Source: Tubulanus polymorphus (Eukaryota > Animalia > Nemertea). Taken from it: a stretch of 64,000 nucleotides of DNA. Every line of letters starts with the position of its first letter. The first letter of the stretch is position 1. A program made the translations under genes and the position numbers. The notes beneath the pieces were generated by a model. It worked only from the letters and a program-made list of their open reading frames with translations, had not been told where the DNA came from and made no database searches. Positions 11,830 to 23,800 of this stretch are shown here, piece after piece. Location: positions 2,728,001-2,792,000 of the forward strand of contig NC_134035.1 of the NCBI RefSeq assembly GCF_964204645.1, written 5' to 3'.

Positions 11830-13065
11830 AAGTGGATTGATGCTCATAAAAAACAGTCAGTGGTGGACTCCAGGAGGTGTGGAACTCTGTATGTGGATTC
11901 GTGGAATTACCATTTTTCTAAATTAATATTCAAAAGCGTGTGCGCGATCGCACGGAACACCGTCGATCTCCCATATTTAATACATGCGCGCACACGCTAG
12001 CACGCACACTCACACCGTACTACTAGTATGACCACTACACTGCGTGTGTACTATAGATAATAGTATGTACAATAATTCTCTTGTGGTATTCAGATTTTTC
12101 TTTTTATTAAACGATACACGAGCCACGGTTCGGCAGTTTTTTGCTTCGGATGGGTTTCAGTCGGGTACCCAGTGGATGCCACCCCTCCAGTTGGCGTGCG
12201 TGTCAATAGGAAAATTCTATCAACTCAAGATTTAGTTAATTTGCGCTCTACTTTCATCTAGAAACATGTAACAAACTTTACCTTAAATCAACAGGTTTGT
12301 CTCGGCCCTGAAGATGTATTGTTTTGTTACACGCTGTTTGGTTGATGTAATGCGGGTTTCTTTCGGTGTTTTTGATTACGTTTATACGAGAATATTGTAT
12401 AGTGTTTCATGTTTTAAAAATGTGTTACGTTTTTGTGAAGAATTCCTCGGAAATCGTAAAAATTAATTCATCTAATTAGGCGTTCTGCGTAGGTAGATAT
12501 TTCAGTTTTCCCTGCTACTGTGGTGTGGGCCGGTGGGATGATGTTTCTAACCATGTAATTTTCGAATATATAGACATTATTTGTTTCACCGAAACGAGCT
12601 GGTAGCTCAAGATGGCTACCCCTCTGAACCACCCTCCTCCTTGGGATTTTTATCATATGTTTTGTTTCTATTTTGATGTTAGTAATGTACAGATATGGTG
12701 ACTGTTTTAATGTTTAAATGTTCGATTCGTTCATTTTACCAATACCTTTATCGACCGCAATTATTAATGTGTATATATTTATATATTTTTGTCTCTGAAA
12801 ACCATTTTCAAATTATAAACTAACTTTGTAAGCATTTTGTGCATGTGAATTCGTCTTATGTAGCTATCGATCTGCAGCCTGGAATCGGCGCCCTCTTCAG
12901 GCCCCTTTCACTGTTTTACTTACACCCAGTCCTGTAGTGTGCAAGACAGATACTAAAGTTCTCGTTGAACATAAAACTGTGAAGTCTGGATGATTTTAAA
13001 GCGTGTTGATAGATGACTAATGTCTAATGAGGCAAGGTGATATCTCACCATCCTCCAAACAAGTA

Positions 13066-13191
13066 CAGTAGACTCGGGTCAAGTCAAACATTTGGGGCTG
13101 TAAAAATGTGCCCGACTTGAGTGATACCTGATTTCATGAATAGTGTTACAAAAAATATTTCAACCAACATCGAGTTGAGTGACGTCTACTG
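13066..13191. mobile_element. Tc1/mariner-pogo-type MITE
   Basis: TA-CAGTAGAC...GTCTACTG-TA: short TIRs flanked by a TA target duplication, with internal cgacttgagtga / cgagttgagtga repeats. Confidence 0.6.
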
Positions 13192-13660
13192 TATTTGATT
13201 ACAAACTAATTATTCGAGAGAATTCTTTACGATCAGAAATTTGAAGAAGGATATCGGCAATGTATTGAGTGTCTGAGGGGCTGCAAAACCCGGGCCAAGG
13301 GAGGCAGGCTCCGGGCTGCTATGAATCGATATCTGCATTAATGTTGAGTCTCAAGAAAAAAAGATGTGGTTAGTTACAGGAAGAATTTAATTCTTTGAAT
13401 ATTGAGCATCTATTTTTAAAGTAAACAAGTGTTAAAAAAAAGACACATATTTTACGGTTGACAACTGAAGAAAATCGACCAAAAATCTTTCTTAATTTTG
13501 ATACTAAATAAAAAACAGTATATTATAAATCTTAGATTTGGTTTTGGATTTTTGTTTTCAATTTTGGACAAAAGATAGCTGTTACAGTTAAACATAAGCG
13601 GAGTGATTAGGGTCTTCGAACATGGGATATCCGGCCCTGAATCCGCATGAGTTCTAGATT

Positions 13661-13725
13661 GGATTCGAACCTGGGGAAGCCCTGATTTTATTCCCTTTTC
13701 GCCATCTTGACCACTGTGGTGCTGG
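13661..13725 (-). mobile_element. Degenerate tRNA-derived SINE head
   Basis: The minus strand has an A-box-like agcaccacagtggtcaag followed by a perfect B-box GGTTCGAATCC; there is no cloverleaf. Confidence 0.35.
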
Positions 13726-14670
13726 TGGAAATCTGCTAGTTGAAACCCTTCAAGGAATTGTCTTGACATGGTGAATACTTCAATGCAATTATGATTCAAC
13801 ATTAATTTAATGTTTATCAACGTCGTTTGGAGGTTGAAGTTTCATATTTGAACAATGTTCCATCACGTTCGACTCAATGGAACCGTGACCGGGACAGACG
13901 CGATTGACCTATATACATTCTATACACGAATCACTCGGATAAATACATATACACTTAAACTTAAACTTACTGCCTTACGACACGGAAGGATTTGGGAGAA
14001 TATCTACCGTGTGTGGACCGTGTGCAGTTTAAATTAGCAGAGATTCAGGATAATATTGACTGACCAAGATGAATATACGTGGGATTTTCCATATGGTAAT
14101 AAGATCGGACTAAACTCCCCCGCTAAGTACGGCCCTGATTTCTAAGCGTCACCATCTTCAACCAAATAAAACATTGCTTAATTTTAGGGATTCGTGTCAT
14201 CAAACTGAGGGGTAAGTTGGAATTCATTTTCGTTCTTTTCTTGTATCGATATGTATTAGACAAATGTCATTTATGATTAAATTTCTTGCTCGCTCCGATC
14301 AACAACAAAAAACACGAAACGACATTAAAAAGATTTAGAAAAAAAAACGGTTCAAATTAAATTCACTGTATGAATGTACGCGTCGAGTTCCTCGCGGGCT
14401 TTTCATTTGTGACGATAAAAATGTTATATTCAACGCAGTATTTGTTCGGAACATTGAAACGAACGAAAGAAGTTACATAACGCTCGAGGTGTCAACAAAC
14501 AGATTTTGACGATGAAAAATTAATTTGATATTTTCGCTAATGGAATACTCGCCGAGTTTCTGGTCGGTTCTCGCAGAGCGTCGATCCAATGATATTCAAC
14601 ATCATTCGGCGATGAAAGATGATTACGTGGTAAAGACCCACAGTTTTGCGCTGTTATTGGGAGTGTAAAC

Positions 14671-17445
14671 ATGAAGTGTATCGTCGACATTATTTGTGGT
14701 TTCGTCGTTGTGACAATTTCTGTCAGTATTTGCGGTAAGTGTTGATAGCAGCCATGCATAAAACGAAGGTATAATCTAATTCGTGATTACGTTAGATCGT
14801 TTAAGTTTATCGTATGAGATCAGAACTGACTGTGAGTAATCGTAATCAGATCAAAGCAACTATAGTTGCTGCAATCACACGGAGACGATTTGGCCCGGAC
14901 CGAAATTGGCACGGACCAGCTGGCCTGAGTGAAATTCGGCATTAGAAATTAGAATTTGACCCGTGGCAAAATTTGGCTCGGGCCTATCCGACGTTTTTGA
15001 TCGCTCGTAGTTACTAGGCTTACGCGCTTCGATTTACCAAACACGAGCCCATTTGACGCTCGTATCAACAACATTTGTTCCGGACCTAATTTGGCACGGG
15101 CCAAATTCGCTCGTGTGATCCCGGTTTTAAGCTAAATTGGTCAATTTGATTTTTATTGTCGATATCCTCTTTCCGGCTGATTTGATAAATGGAACCAGCT
15201 CCATATTCGTTAGATTTAACCATCCAAAAAATCAAAGTCAAAAGTGTCAAACAAATCCATCTTCATTTTCAACTCACATCGGTTCTAAACTGGAACGTTT
15301 GGGCTTTATGGTAGCGGACGCGTATCTGGTCCATAGCCAACTGGAGGGATGGGACAGAGGGGGATATAACATGGATAATGAGGTTTAGCTTGAACCTCGA
15401 AACTGTAAGGCAATAAACTGTTTTTACAGAAGTAACTGTGGGTTTTATTCGTCAGGGGATATAACATTCTCTGTAGGTCAGGTTTCGATTGGACATGTTC
15501 CGATTTAGGAATACCGGATTAGAAACCTTCTACCTACCTTCTAAAAGGTTTACAGATTATGTCATTCCGGAATCGGTATGGAGCGAAACGAACGCGCCAG
15601 AAGAGAATTCCGCTATCGCTACATGACTAATCGAAACCTGCCTTAAAATTATGATTATACAATATTATGCATAAAATCTTGTATACAAAAACTCACCAGC
15701 CGCTAGCACAACACCGGTTCAGGATGGACCGTGCCGTGATAAAAGACGTACCTGCAGTAAGATGGACAGTACTGATTGCCATACACATATGTCACATAGA
15801 GCTTGCAATTGCGTGAAGTCATGTGGCTCTTTATCCTGCAAAGGTGAGCATCTGTAGGTGTCAACACGGTACGATCGGATTCGAAACATTTCACATTCCA
15901 AGTCTACTATGGTATATTATTATAATATGTATGTTTTAAGAATTTGGAGTTGGCAATGTGACGGACAACCTGTGCGAATGCCCTTTCCTCGTAAAACGCA
16001 ACGGGGCCAGCCAGCTATGTCAAGTTCAGTCGAAGAGGGAATCGTGTCGGGCAACATGTCTCCTGATTGAGAGTGAGTACTATATCTTCGGTACCGAATC
16101 TGGGTCTATCAGACTCATTGCAGCCAGCCATATGCTTTTATCACAACACATATTGCCGGTCAATACGACATGAGATATACATGACAGGCCCTCGTGTATC
16201 CCTGGACCCAGTTCCACAGTTGTAAGTTAAGATTTGACTTTGAGTTAAAACATTGAAAATGAATTAATCTTAACTCAGAGTTAACTCTAACTCACAATAG
16301 TGGATCCAGTAGATTTGACTTTCAAGAGTCAATGAAACTCAATGAAAATGAACTAATTTTAACTCAGAGTTAACTCTAACAACTCACAATAGTGGTTCCA
16401 GTAGATTTGACTCAGAGTTAACTCATTGAAAATGAACTAATTCTAACTCAGAGTTAACTCTAACTCACAACTGTGGAACCGGTTCCTGGATCCAGTTCCA
16501 CAGTTGTGAGTTATAGTTAACCGAGCTAAAATCAGTTCATTTTCGATGAGTCGAATCTTAACTCACAACTGTGGAACTGGGTCCTGGACAGTTGTGAGTT
16601 ACTATTTGACTCGATAGTCTAACCATCAATATGACGTCTGATAAAAGCGGCGAATGGCTGCAACATCTCTATTCTGGTTTTTCAGCGGTCACGTGCAATA
16701 TATCCTCGATTCCTAAATTGGAAAATGGGGTCAATTCGGTTAAAGGTAACCATTACCTCGACTTAGCGGTCCAACGTTGCGCGCCTGGCTACAAGTTTCG
16801 AACGAAAAGAGCCATTAAAAGTAGAAGACTGATTTGTTCGAGGGAAGGGGTTTGGATTCGCATCATCTTCGATCCGAAAGCGTATTGTCGGAGTGAGTAT
16901 CTGTTTGAACTTTATTTTCTCTCATTTTCAAACCATAATTTTTGATATTTCCTGAAAATTAGTTTAAAAAAAAACTAAAATAGGACGATTCAAGATAGTT
17001 ACAATCATATGTTAACGAATCGAATTTATCCATTTGAATATCTCTCATTAAAACCATATTTTCCATATTACCAAAAATTCATAACGACTATGAATTTTTG
17101 ATATTACTTATTTCTTTCCTAAAATATTTTGGCCACACAATAATAGCTTTAAGACAATGACCCTATTTACGATTATACAAATTGATTGTATGCATTTAGA
17201 TTATTTACTGACAATTATTCATTAGCATGAAGGCCGCAATGTCCTGAATATGCGTCAGAATATCTGGCTACCTCAGATATACAGTTATAATTCTGCATCT
17301 AACTCCGTAGCGTAAGGACTTCAAATATTTCATCAAGTATAGAAGAATATATTTCTAAATGATGGCTGATTTTATATAAGATTTTGATAACGATTGCACC
17401 CACAGAAGTGAAACATTGGGCTTCATAGGTAGGTATTCGGCCTGA
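14671..17445 (+). CDS. Small secreted Cys-rich protein (~200 aa): signal peptide, two ShKT-like modules and one sushi/CCP domain
   Basis: Exons 14671-14734 (MKCIVDIICGFVVVTISVSIC), 15700-15843 (CRDKRRTCSKMDSTDCHTHMSHRACNCVKSCGSLSC), 15941-16072 (LCECPFLVKRNGASQLCQVQSKRESCRATC), 16686-16892 (C..IPKLENG..CAPGY..ICSREGVW..YC, sushi pattern) and 17381-17445 (tentative). All introns are phase 1 with GTAAG/GTGAG donors. Confidence 0.7.
14873..15127. mobile_element. MITE-like element, family B (related copies ~30959-31075, ~46594-46925, ~55140-55285)
   Basis: TIRs atcacacggagacgatttggcccg / cgggccaaattcgctcgtgtgat, with internal tttggc(a/c)cg repeats shared between copies. Confidence 0.65.
16204..16584. 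mobile_element. Nested/tandem cluster of MITE family A (other copies ~20209-20425, ~20600-20870, ~34952-35007; more distant ~42201-42320, ~49126-49235, ~56140-56282)
   Basis: Ends ggacccagttccacagttgt / acaactgtggaactgggtcc. The internal palindromic unit ttaactcagagttaactctaactcacaa is repeated in direct and inverted orientation. Confidence 0.7.
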
Positions 17446-17839
17446 TAATCGTGCTAACTAGAAAATCCTACCCACAGAGCGCATTCCTGCTATGAAGGTA
17501 AGAGGACGGAGCGGAGCACGGGCGAATATCTGAATTCATATCTGGATTGATGCTTCTGATCTCGATGGTACGTCGTGGTACCTCGCATACGCCGATCCTG
17601 CCTATCCATCTCCTTATACTCTATACACACCACCGACCATACCAACCCGTTCTTTTATACTAGACTTATACATATACACCCGCTATAAATAAACTACATA
17701 TAATATAAACACGGCGCGTAATACACGCTCTTTTTACCTGGATGCTATTAGCGCGCCGGCTGAACTGCAAAACCGTTATATACCGACATTTCTCTGAGAC
17801 GTTGCGGATGTTGGGAGGATTTTCGTCGTCCGGGTCAAG

Positions 17840-20800
17840 ATGCCGGGAAAAGTGTCGTTGTTTCATATAACATTCGATAGGGCAAATCCTGTGTATTACG
17901 AAGGCGAAACGGTCAGCGGATGTTTGACATTGCGCGCCGAGGAGCCGTTAAAAACTAAAGGTAAGTAACCTACTGAAATATATATCTTCATCTGTATAAC
18001 CACCCCTAGTATAACCTTTATGTATATTAAGTCTATATTTCTTTGATATATCCTTTTTATTAAAGGGCGGATCTAGGGTCTGATTCGGGGAGGGGTTGCA
18101 CCCTGAAAATAAGGCATATCATACGATTAAAAGGGCACCCGAAGAAAACTCAATACATTAACTCTATATATTTCTTTGGAAATTCAGGGAAATACAGCTT
18201 ATGAATTTAAAGTCTTTGGAAATCAATTTGATGTATTCTTCATTTTCCCGTAAATTTTCAAGGCAACTTTTAGGATGCGTGCGGACCCCCTGCACCCTTC
18301 CCTGCTAATTCGCCCACGTTTTAGACTGAAAAGGGTGGTAGTAACCACCTGAAATGTTTATTACTATTTTGATAAACGTTTTATGTTTGTTACGATAAGT
18401 CGGATACGTTATAAGTTCATCGCGTGCATATTCCAAATGAAGTTAGATTTTGTTAAGGTTGAATATGCATTATCTTTTTGAGAAAAAATCACCAAACCAT
18501 GCGCATTTTCAACTGTCAATCTCTTTTAACTTTGTGAGTATAGCCTTATTGATCAGATATACCTTCCTGTTTTAGATTAAGAAATTAAGAAAGTCTATGC
18601 TATTCCCCTATATCTAAACGTACAGATTTGCTTCTTTTCCTTCGAAATCCGAGAACGTTTCAAACGTTTCAAGCTTTATCAGAGGGGACCTGTGTGTATC
18701 ATTAAATCACATTCACCGCGTGGAACTTAATAAGTCTATTAAGAAAAAAATCACTTGCATATCTATAGTACTTGTAGGTTAACAGATTTCATATGAAATC
18801 ACGAGCTTTATTAGAAACGCATATTCGATTATTAGGTATAGGATAAATGGCGAAACACTAGGGAGATTGACTTATTGAAGAATACCGAATGAGCAGGGAA
18901 CTACAATTAAATCATGAGTGACTCGAAAATAACCAATAGCGACCCCTAGGGGATACCTAAATCTCGTCATTTGAAATCTGGTAATTTCGAGCAATATTTT
19001 ACGAATAATAATCTACTATTCCGAGCAAGCTACCGCGAGAGGTAACTCAATTACGAGATCAAAACATAAATATTATTACAACACATCCAATTAACCATAT
19101 TACTGCGGGTTTACCCTGTCAGCCGGGTAGCTCGATTTGAATCACCTGCGAAAACCGATGTGCAACGGGCAGCCTCGCGTCCGACATGAAAAACTCCTAA
19201 TTACGGTAACTTCATTCGTCGTTGATTAAGGTAACGATAAAAGTTTCTACCGCTTTCTACAAAATATAATATTGAACCGACGCTAAGTCATTGGCCAATG
19301 ATTATAGAAAAATAAACAGAATATCAATTGATAAGTTTATTAGCTGTCTCACCATACATCTATAAACTTCGTACGTAGTTAATACAAGGCCGAATACAAG
19401 CAGACTATACCCACAAATAATAACACCCACACAATTGGATTCTAAATCTCATAAGTACCGACGATATAAACTCACTCAATAAACTCACGAAGTATCCGTT
19501 CGATTTGCAATTAGGAACTTACAACATTGCCGAATACAGATAATGGAAAAACTTAATTTTGGATCTATTCTGAAACAGTCACAGTTAAGCGCAGCTATCC
19601 CCCATAGTTGTAGCGATCTCGACTAAAAAGTGTCACAAAGCTTAAAGACTACTTTAAAAAAAAGACATATTACGACAAACGTACTTTTCGAACGGATGAG
19701 AAGATAGGACGCTGGAAAACTGACAAATCGACCGTATACACAAGAATAGATATAATATTTCGAAAATCTCCAAGCCTTGTAGACGTGCTCGTCGAGTCAA
19801 GGGCAGAGAATATTTCATTTATATTCATCCAGTTTGCGATACCGTTAACGATATACGGGTACCGCAAAGATACAAGTTTTTTTGCACGCCTACTTATCAT
19901 TTTAAAATGACAGCAGTCAGTTTTCTGGAGAAACGCGAGAAAAAAGAAATGCACATGATATCGAAGTAAAAGTTCTTCGCGAACTTCATAACTTTTCACG
20001 ATAAGAACGAATGAAGCGAACACAGTATATAAGCCGCGTATAGGATATAAATATCTGCTTTTATCGCTTTGCGTTCTATTCCCCCGGTATTTCCGACCGA
20101 GTCAAGGTTGGTTCTTCGGTATCGTGTGTGTGAAAAAAGAGAGATTATATCTTTCGTTCGATTCGAACTGGTTTCAGAACTGATATCGTGTCGAATCTAT
20201 CATATTCGGAATCCAGTTCCGCAGTGCGAATGAGAGTTAACTCTGAATTCAGGATCCAGTTTCACACTTGTGTAGGCTAGAGTTCACTCTGAACTGAGGA
20301 TCCAGTTCCACAGTTTTCGTTTTAGAGTCCATGGTTAGAGTGAACTATGGACTCAGGATCCAGTTTTGCAAGATTTAAAATCAGATCATTTTCAATGTTT
20401 CAACTCTGAGTAAAATTAAACTATGGACAATGTTTGACTAGCCAGTCCCATATATTTTATGTGTATTTTGCTGTAAGGGAGATAGATCATAATATCTTCT
20501 GAAGACCGAATCATCGTCATCATTTGGCTTAAAATTTTGCTAATATTGCTGGGAGTTTGTTCTTATGAGTTAGAGCATTAAGTCCGTGGTAACAACACTG
20601 ATCCAGTTCCACAGCTCAGGGTCGTTAACTTAGATTTCAAAATTGATTCATTTTCAATTAGAAGCTTCAAAATAGCCCAACGCCCACGGCCAGGAAAAAA
20701 CGTTTGAAGTGTTTTGTTAAGCCGTGTGCGTTGGGTTATGATTTCGAACTGTGTAGCCGGGTGCTGTGTCAGTTATCCAGTCTAGGTCAGGATTATTAGC

Positions 20801-23800
20801 CAAAACATCGGAGATGAATTCATTTTAACGCTATATAGACTCAAATCGTAACTAACCGTGAACTGGATCCTGGAGCGCCATCGGGGGAACATTATCATCA
20901 GTCCTGAAATCGTGCGCTGGTATTCAATAATGTTATGCTGCCAGATGGACGAATTCTAAGATATCGAGTCAAAGGAAACGAGGGAAGGTTGTTTTTAATC
21001 TCAACAGCGGCTTTTATCGCGGTATTTACGTCAAGATAGATCGCTCTTGAAGTACAACGGAGCATTGTGTGCGGATACATCGGCATACGAGCTAGCTGGC
21101 GCGCTATATACCCGCATACCCCGGCGTCTATATCGCCTAAACAACTGAAATTCCCGTCCGTCGTCGGAAAAAAATCAGCGAATTATAAGAAAGTTCTTCA
21201 TTGTCAAAACGACGGTATAACTTTGAACGCGGAATTTTGTTTTGATTTCGCAGAACTTATTCCGTTCATATTATATACTCGCAATTTCCTCTCATCATTA
21301 ATCCAGTTCGTATGTACATAGCCATCGAATACGGTGTGATCGCGCCGTACGATGTTTTCATTGCTTCATAACCGGTTGTTTATCGTATCCCTGTTTACAC
21401 ATACTGAATTACACCGTATTTCGCGATGCAGTTTCGTTTCGCTTCTTTTTCGCTCACCAGTTATATCTATATGGAAGATAACTCTCGGAAAAAGCTCGGC
21501 AGCCACCGAACTTTATTTCACTGTATACGTTTTCCCGCAAATATTGACATCGTATATTCTGAACCGCGATGAAGATTTAATTTCTTAAGTTGCTAATAAT
21601 ATATATATGTATAATCATTTCGTAACCGAGTTGCGCAATAAACTGAATGTAATAGATATAAATGTACATTGCCCTACACAGTAATATGAAGGATGGCTCG
21701 TTGCTATTTCGGACCCTCTCTTCTTGAACTTGCGGCCACTGGAAGCCCTTGCGTCATCCCGAGGTTACTCATCCTTTTCTTTTCGACCCGAATTCCAATT
21801 AACTTTGCCCTTACACGGCAGTACGAAGCAAGGCGGGTCCCATTGATCGTTGCCATATCGGACCCTCTCTGCAACTTGCGGCCACTAGAAGCCCTTGCGT
21901 CATCCCGAGATTGCTCATTCGTTTTCTTTTCGATCCTAGATCGTCCTCTGTCAATACTATAAGACGAGGTAAGTTCGTGGTTTATTTCATTTTATTTCAT
22001 GGTCTTCACCGCTTCACTTTCTAGGTGTGCGTCTGATGTTTTCGGGTAAGGCGCATGTCGGCTGGGATTATGACTCGAGCGGAGGCGCCGAGAGACAGAG
22101 GGAATACGGAGATATGGCCAGAGTTGTAGAAAATCATTCCAATGACGAGACGTATCTGAACTGTACCGTCTGCGTGTGCGGCGACTCGCGGAAAGGACGT
22201 TGCAAATGTAAGTAATAAATTTCATCAAAACCCGATGATTAATGAGGACCCTGATCCTCATAGCCCTAAACTCTACCCTCTAGACTATATGTCCTCATTT
22301 TCTACGGTTGAAAAGGCGGCCATTTTTGTTTTCTCAGAACTAACGACATTCGTCATGCCACCAGCTTTATCCCGCTAGATGTCTATTGCTAAACTAAAAT
22401 AGAACTTTAGGATCCATATACAATTTAATTATCATTCATCACCATTCGTGGAAATGTGATGAAGTGTGGATAGTCTCTCTGGGCATATAGTGTTGTCATT
22501 TTGCACACTAGTGAACCTGGTGGATCCTCGCTTGCCACGAGCGGAATCCTCGATTGCCCGCAGACGAACGTAGACCAAGAGTCGTCAATCGGAAGTAAGA
22601 AAGCGCGTGTAAAGATATTCGAGTGAAACGAATTTCGCACACACTCACACTGTGCATTAACGGGTTTAACATCTCGGCGAATTAAGTATTTGTGTAGAAC
22701 GCCGCAATCGAGCTGAGAACAAACTGAGATTGTGTTGATAGTAACGAGGGGATAAAAATAAACCGTACCGTGGAAATAGTTTCGATTATATTTGACGTTT
22801 CCACTGAATTCTACTCGGCGTTAGCGAAAACCGAATGTCGGTGTTAATTTCTAGCTGAATAAGCTGAAGTTTCAAAGTCGATTTAGTCCACGTCGAAACG
22901 GTTGCAAACGTTTCAAACCTAAGTTAGAATTTCTCCGTAATGAATGCGATATCGCGGCACCGCAGAATCACTGGAGGTATTGCATCAAAATTGTTATCCT
23001 ATCTCCATTTCTCATATTGTAGCTCAGCGGCTAGGGGTGGAATCGACATTACTACATGATAATGACGAGATCTAGAAATTATACTTGCCAATAGATATTA
23101 TTTTCCATCGCAATAATGTGTAAAATTATTCAAGATTTTTTGGCATTCCGATATCTATGAAATACAATTTCAAGTCTAAACATTAATAAAACTGGTGGTT
23201 TCCAAAGTCAAGTAACTGAGTCTAATGATGAGTGACAGAACCCACCATAAAATTTGAAGAAAAAAACTATAAGAGAATCTGACGTTTCGACTCAATTCTA
23301 AATCTAATTTTCAAAATCGGATTTTACTTTATTGATGAAATTCTCTGCCAAATTCAGCATTCAGAAAAACAACACGAGTCCGTAGAGGATAGTTGTTTAT
23401 TTATTTTCGACGTTTCGGCTATATTCATATAGTCATCTTCCTGATTAAAACTATTAGGTGACTACAAGAATATAGTCGAAACGTCGAGAATAATTCTAGA
23501 AAAACCATCCCGGACTCATTTTCCTTTTCAGAGTGTTGGATTTTCTCAAGACGAATTGATTAATTATATTTTCTCTTCGTTTATAAACAGGTGGATATAA
23601 CAACAATAAGGAATTCGTCCTGGAACCGAATCAATACATGTTTCCGTTCAAACTGGAACTTCCCGAGAACTTACCGCCGTCGTTCGAGAGTAAATTCGGT
23701 TGGATACGTTACGAAATCAAGTGTAACCTAGACATGACCAGGTCGATGGACGTGCGAGCCAGTATGCCGTTCACAATCAAAGCCACCGTAGACCTTAACA

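Noticed and set aside
12305-12340. CTGAAGA followed by a short hairpin (hammerhead candidate)
   Set aside because: No GAAA or cleavage triplet follows.
13661-13725. Functional tRNA gene
   Set aside because: A B-box is present, but acceptor and anticodon stems cannot be formed.
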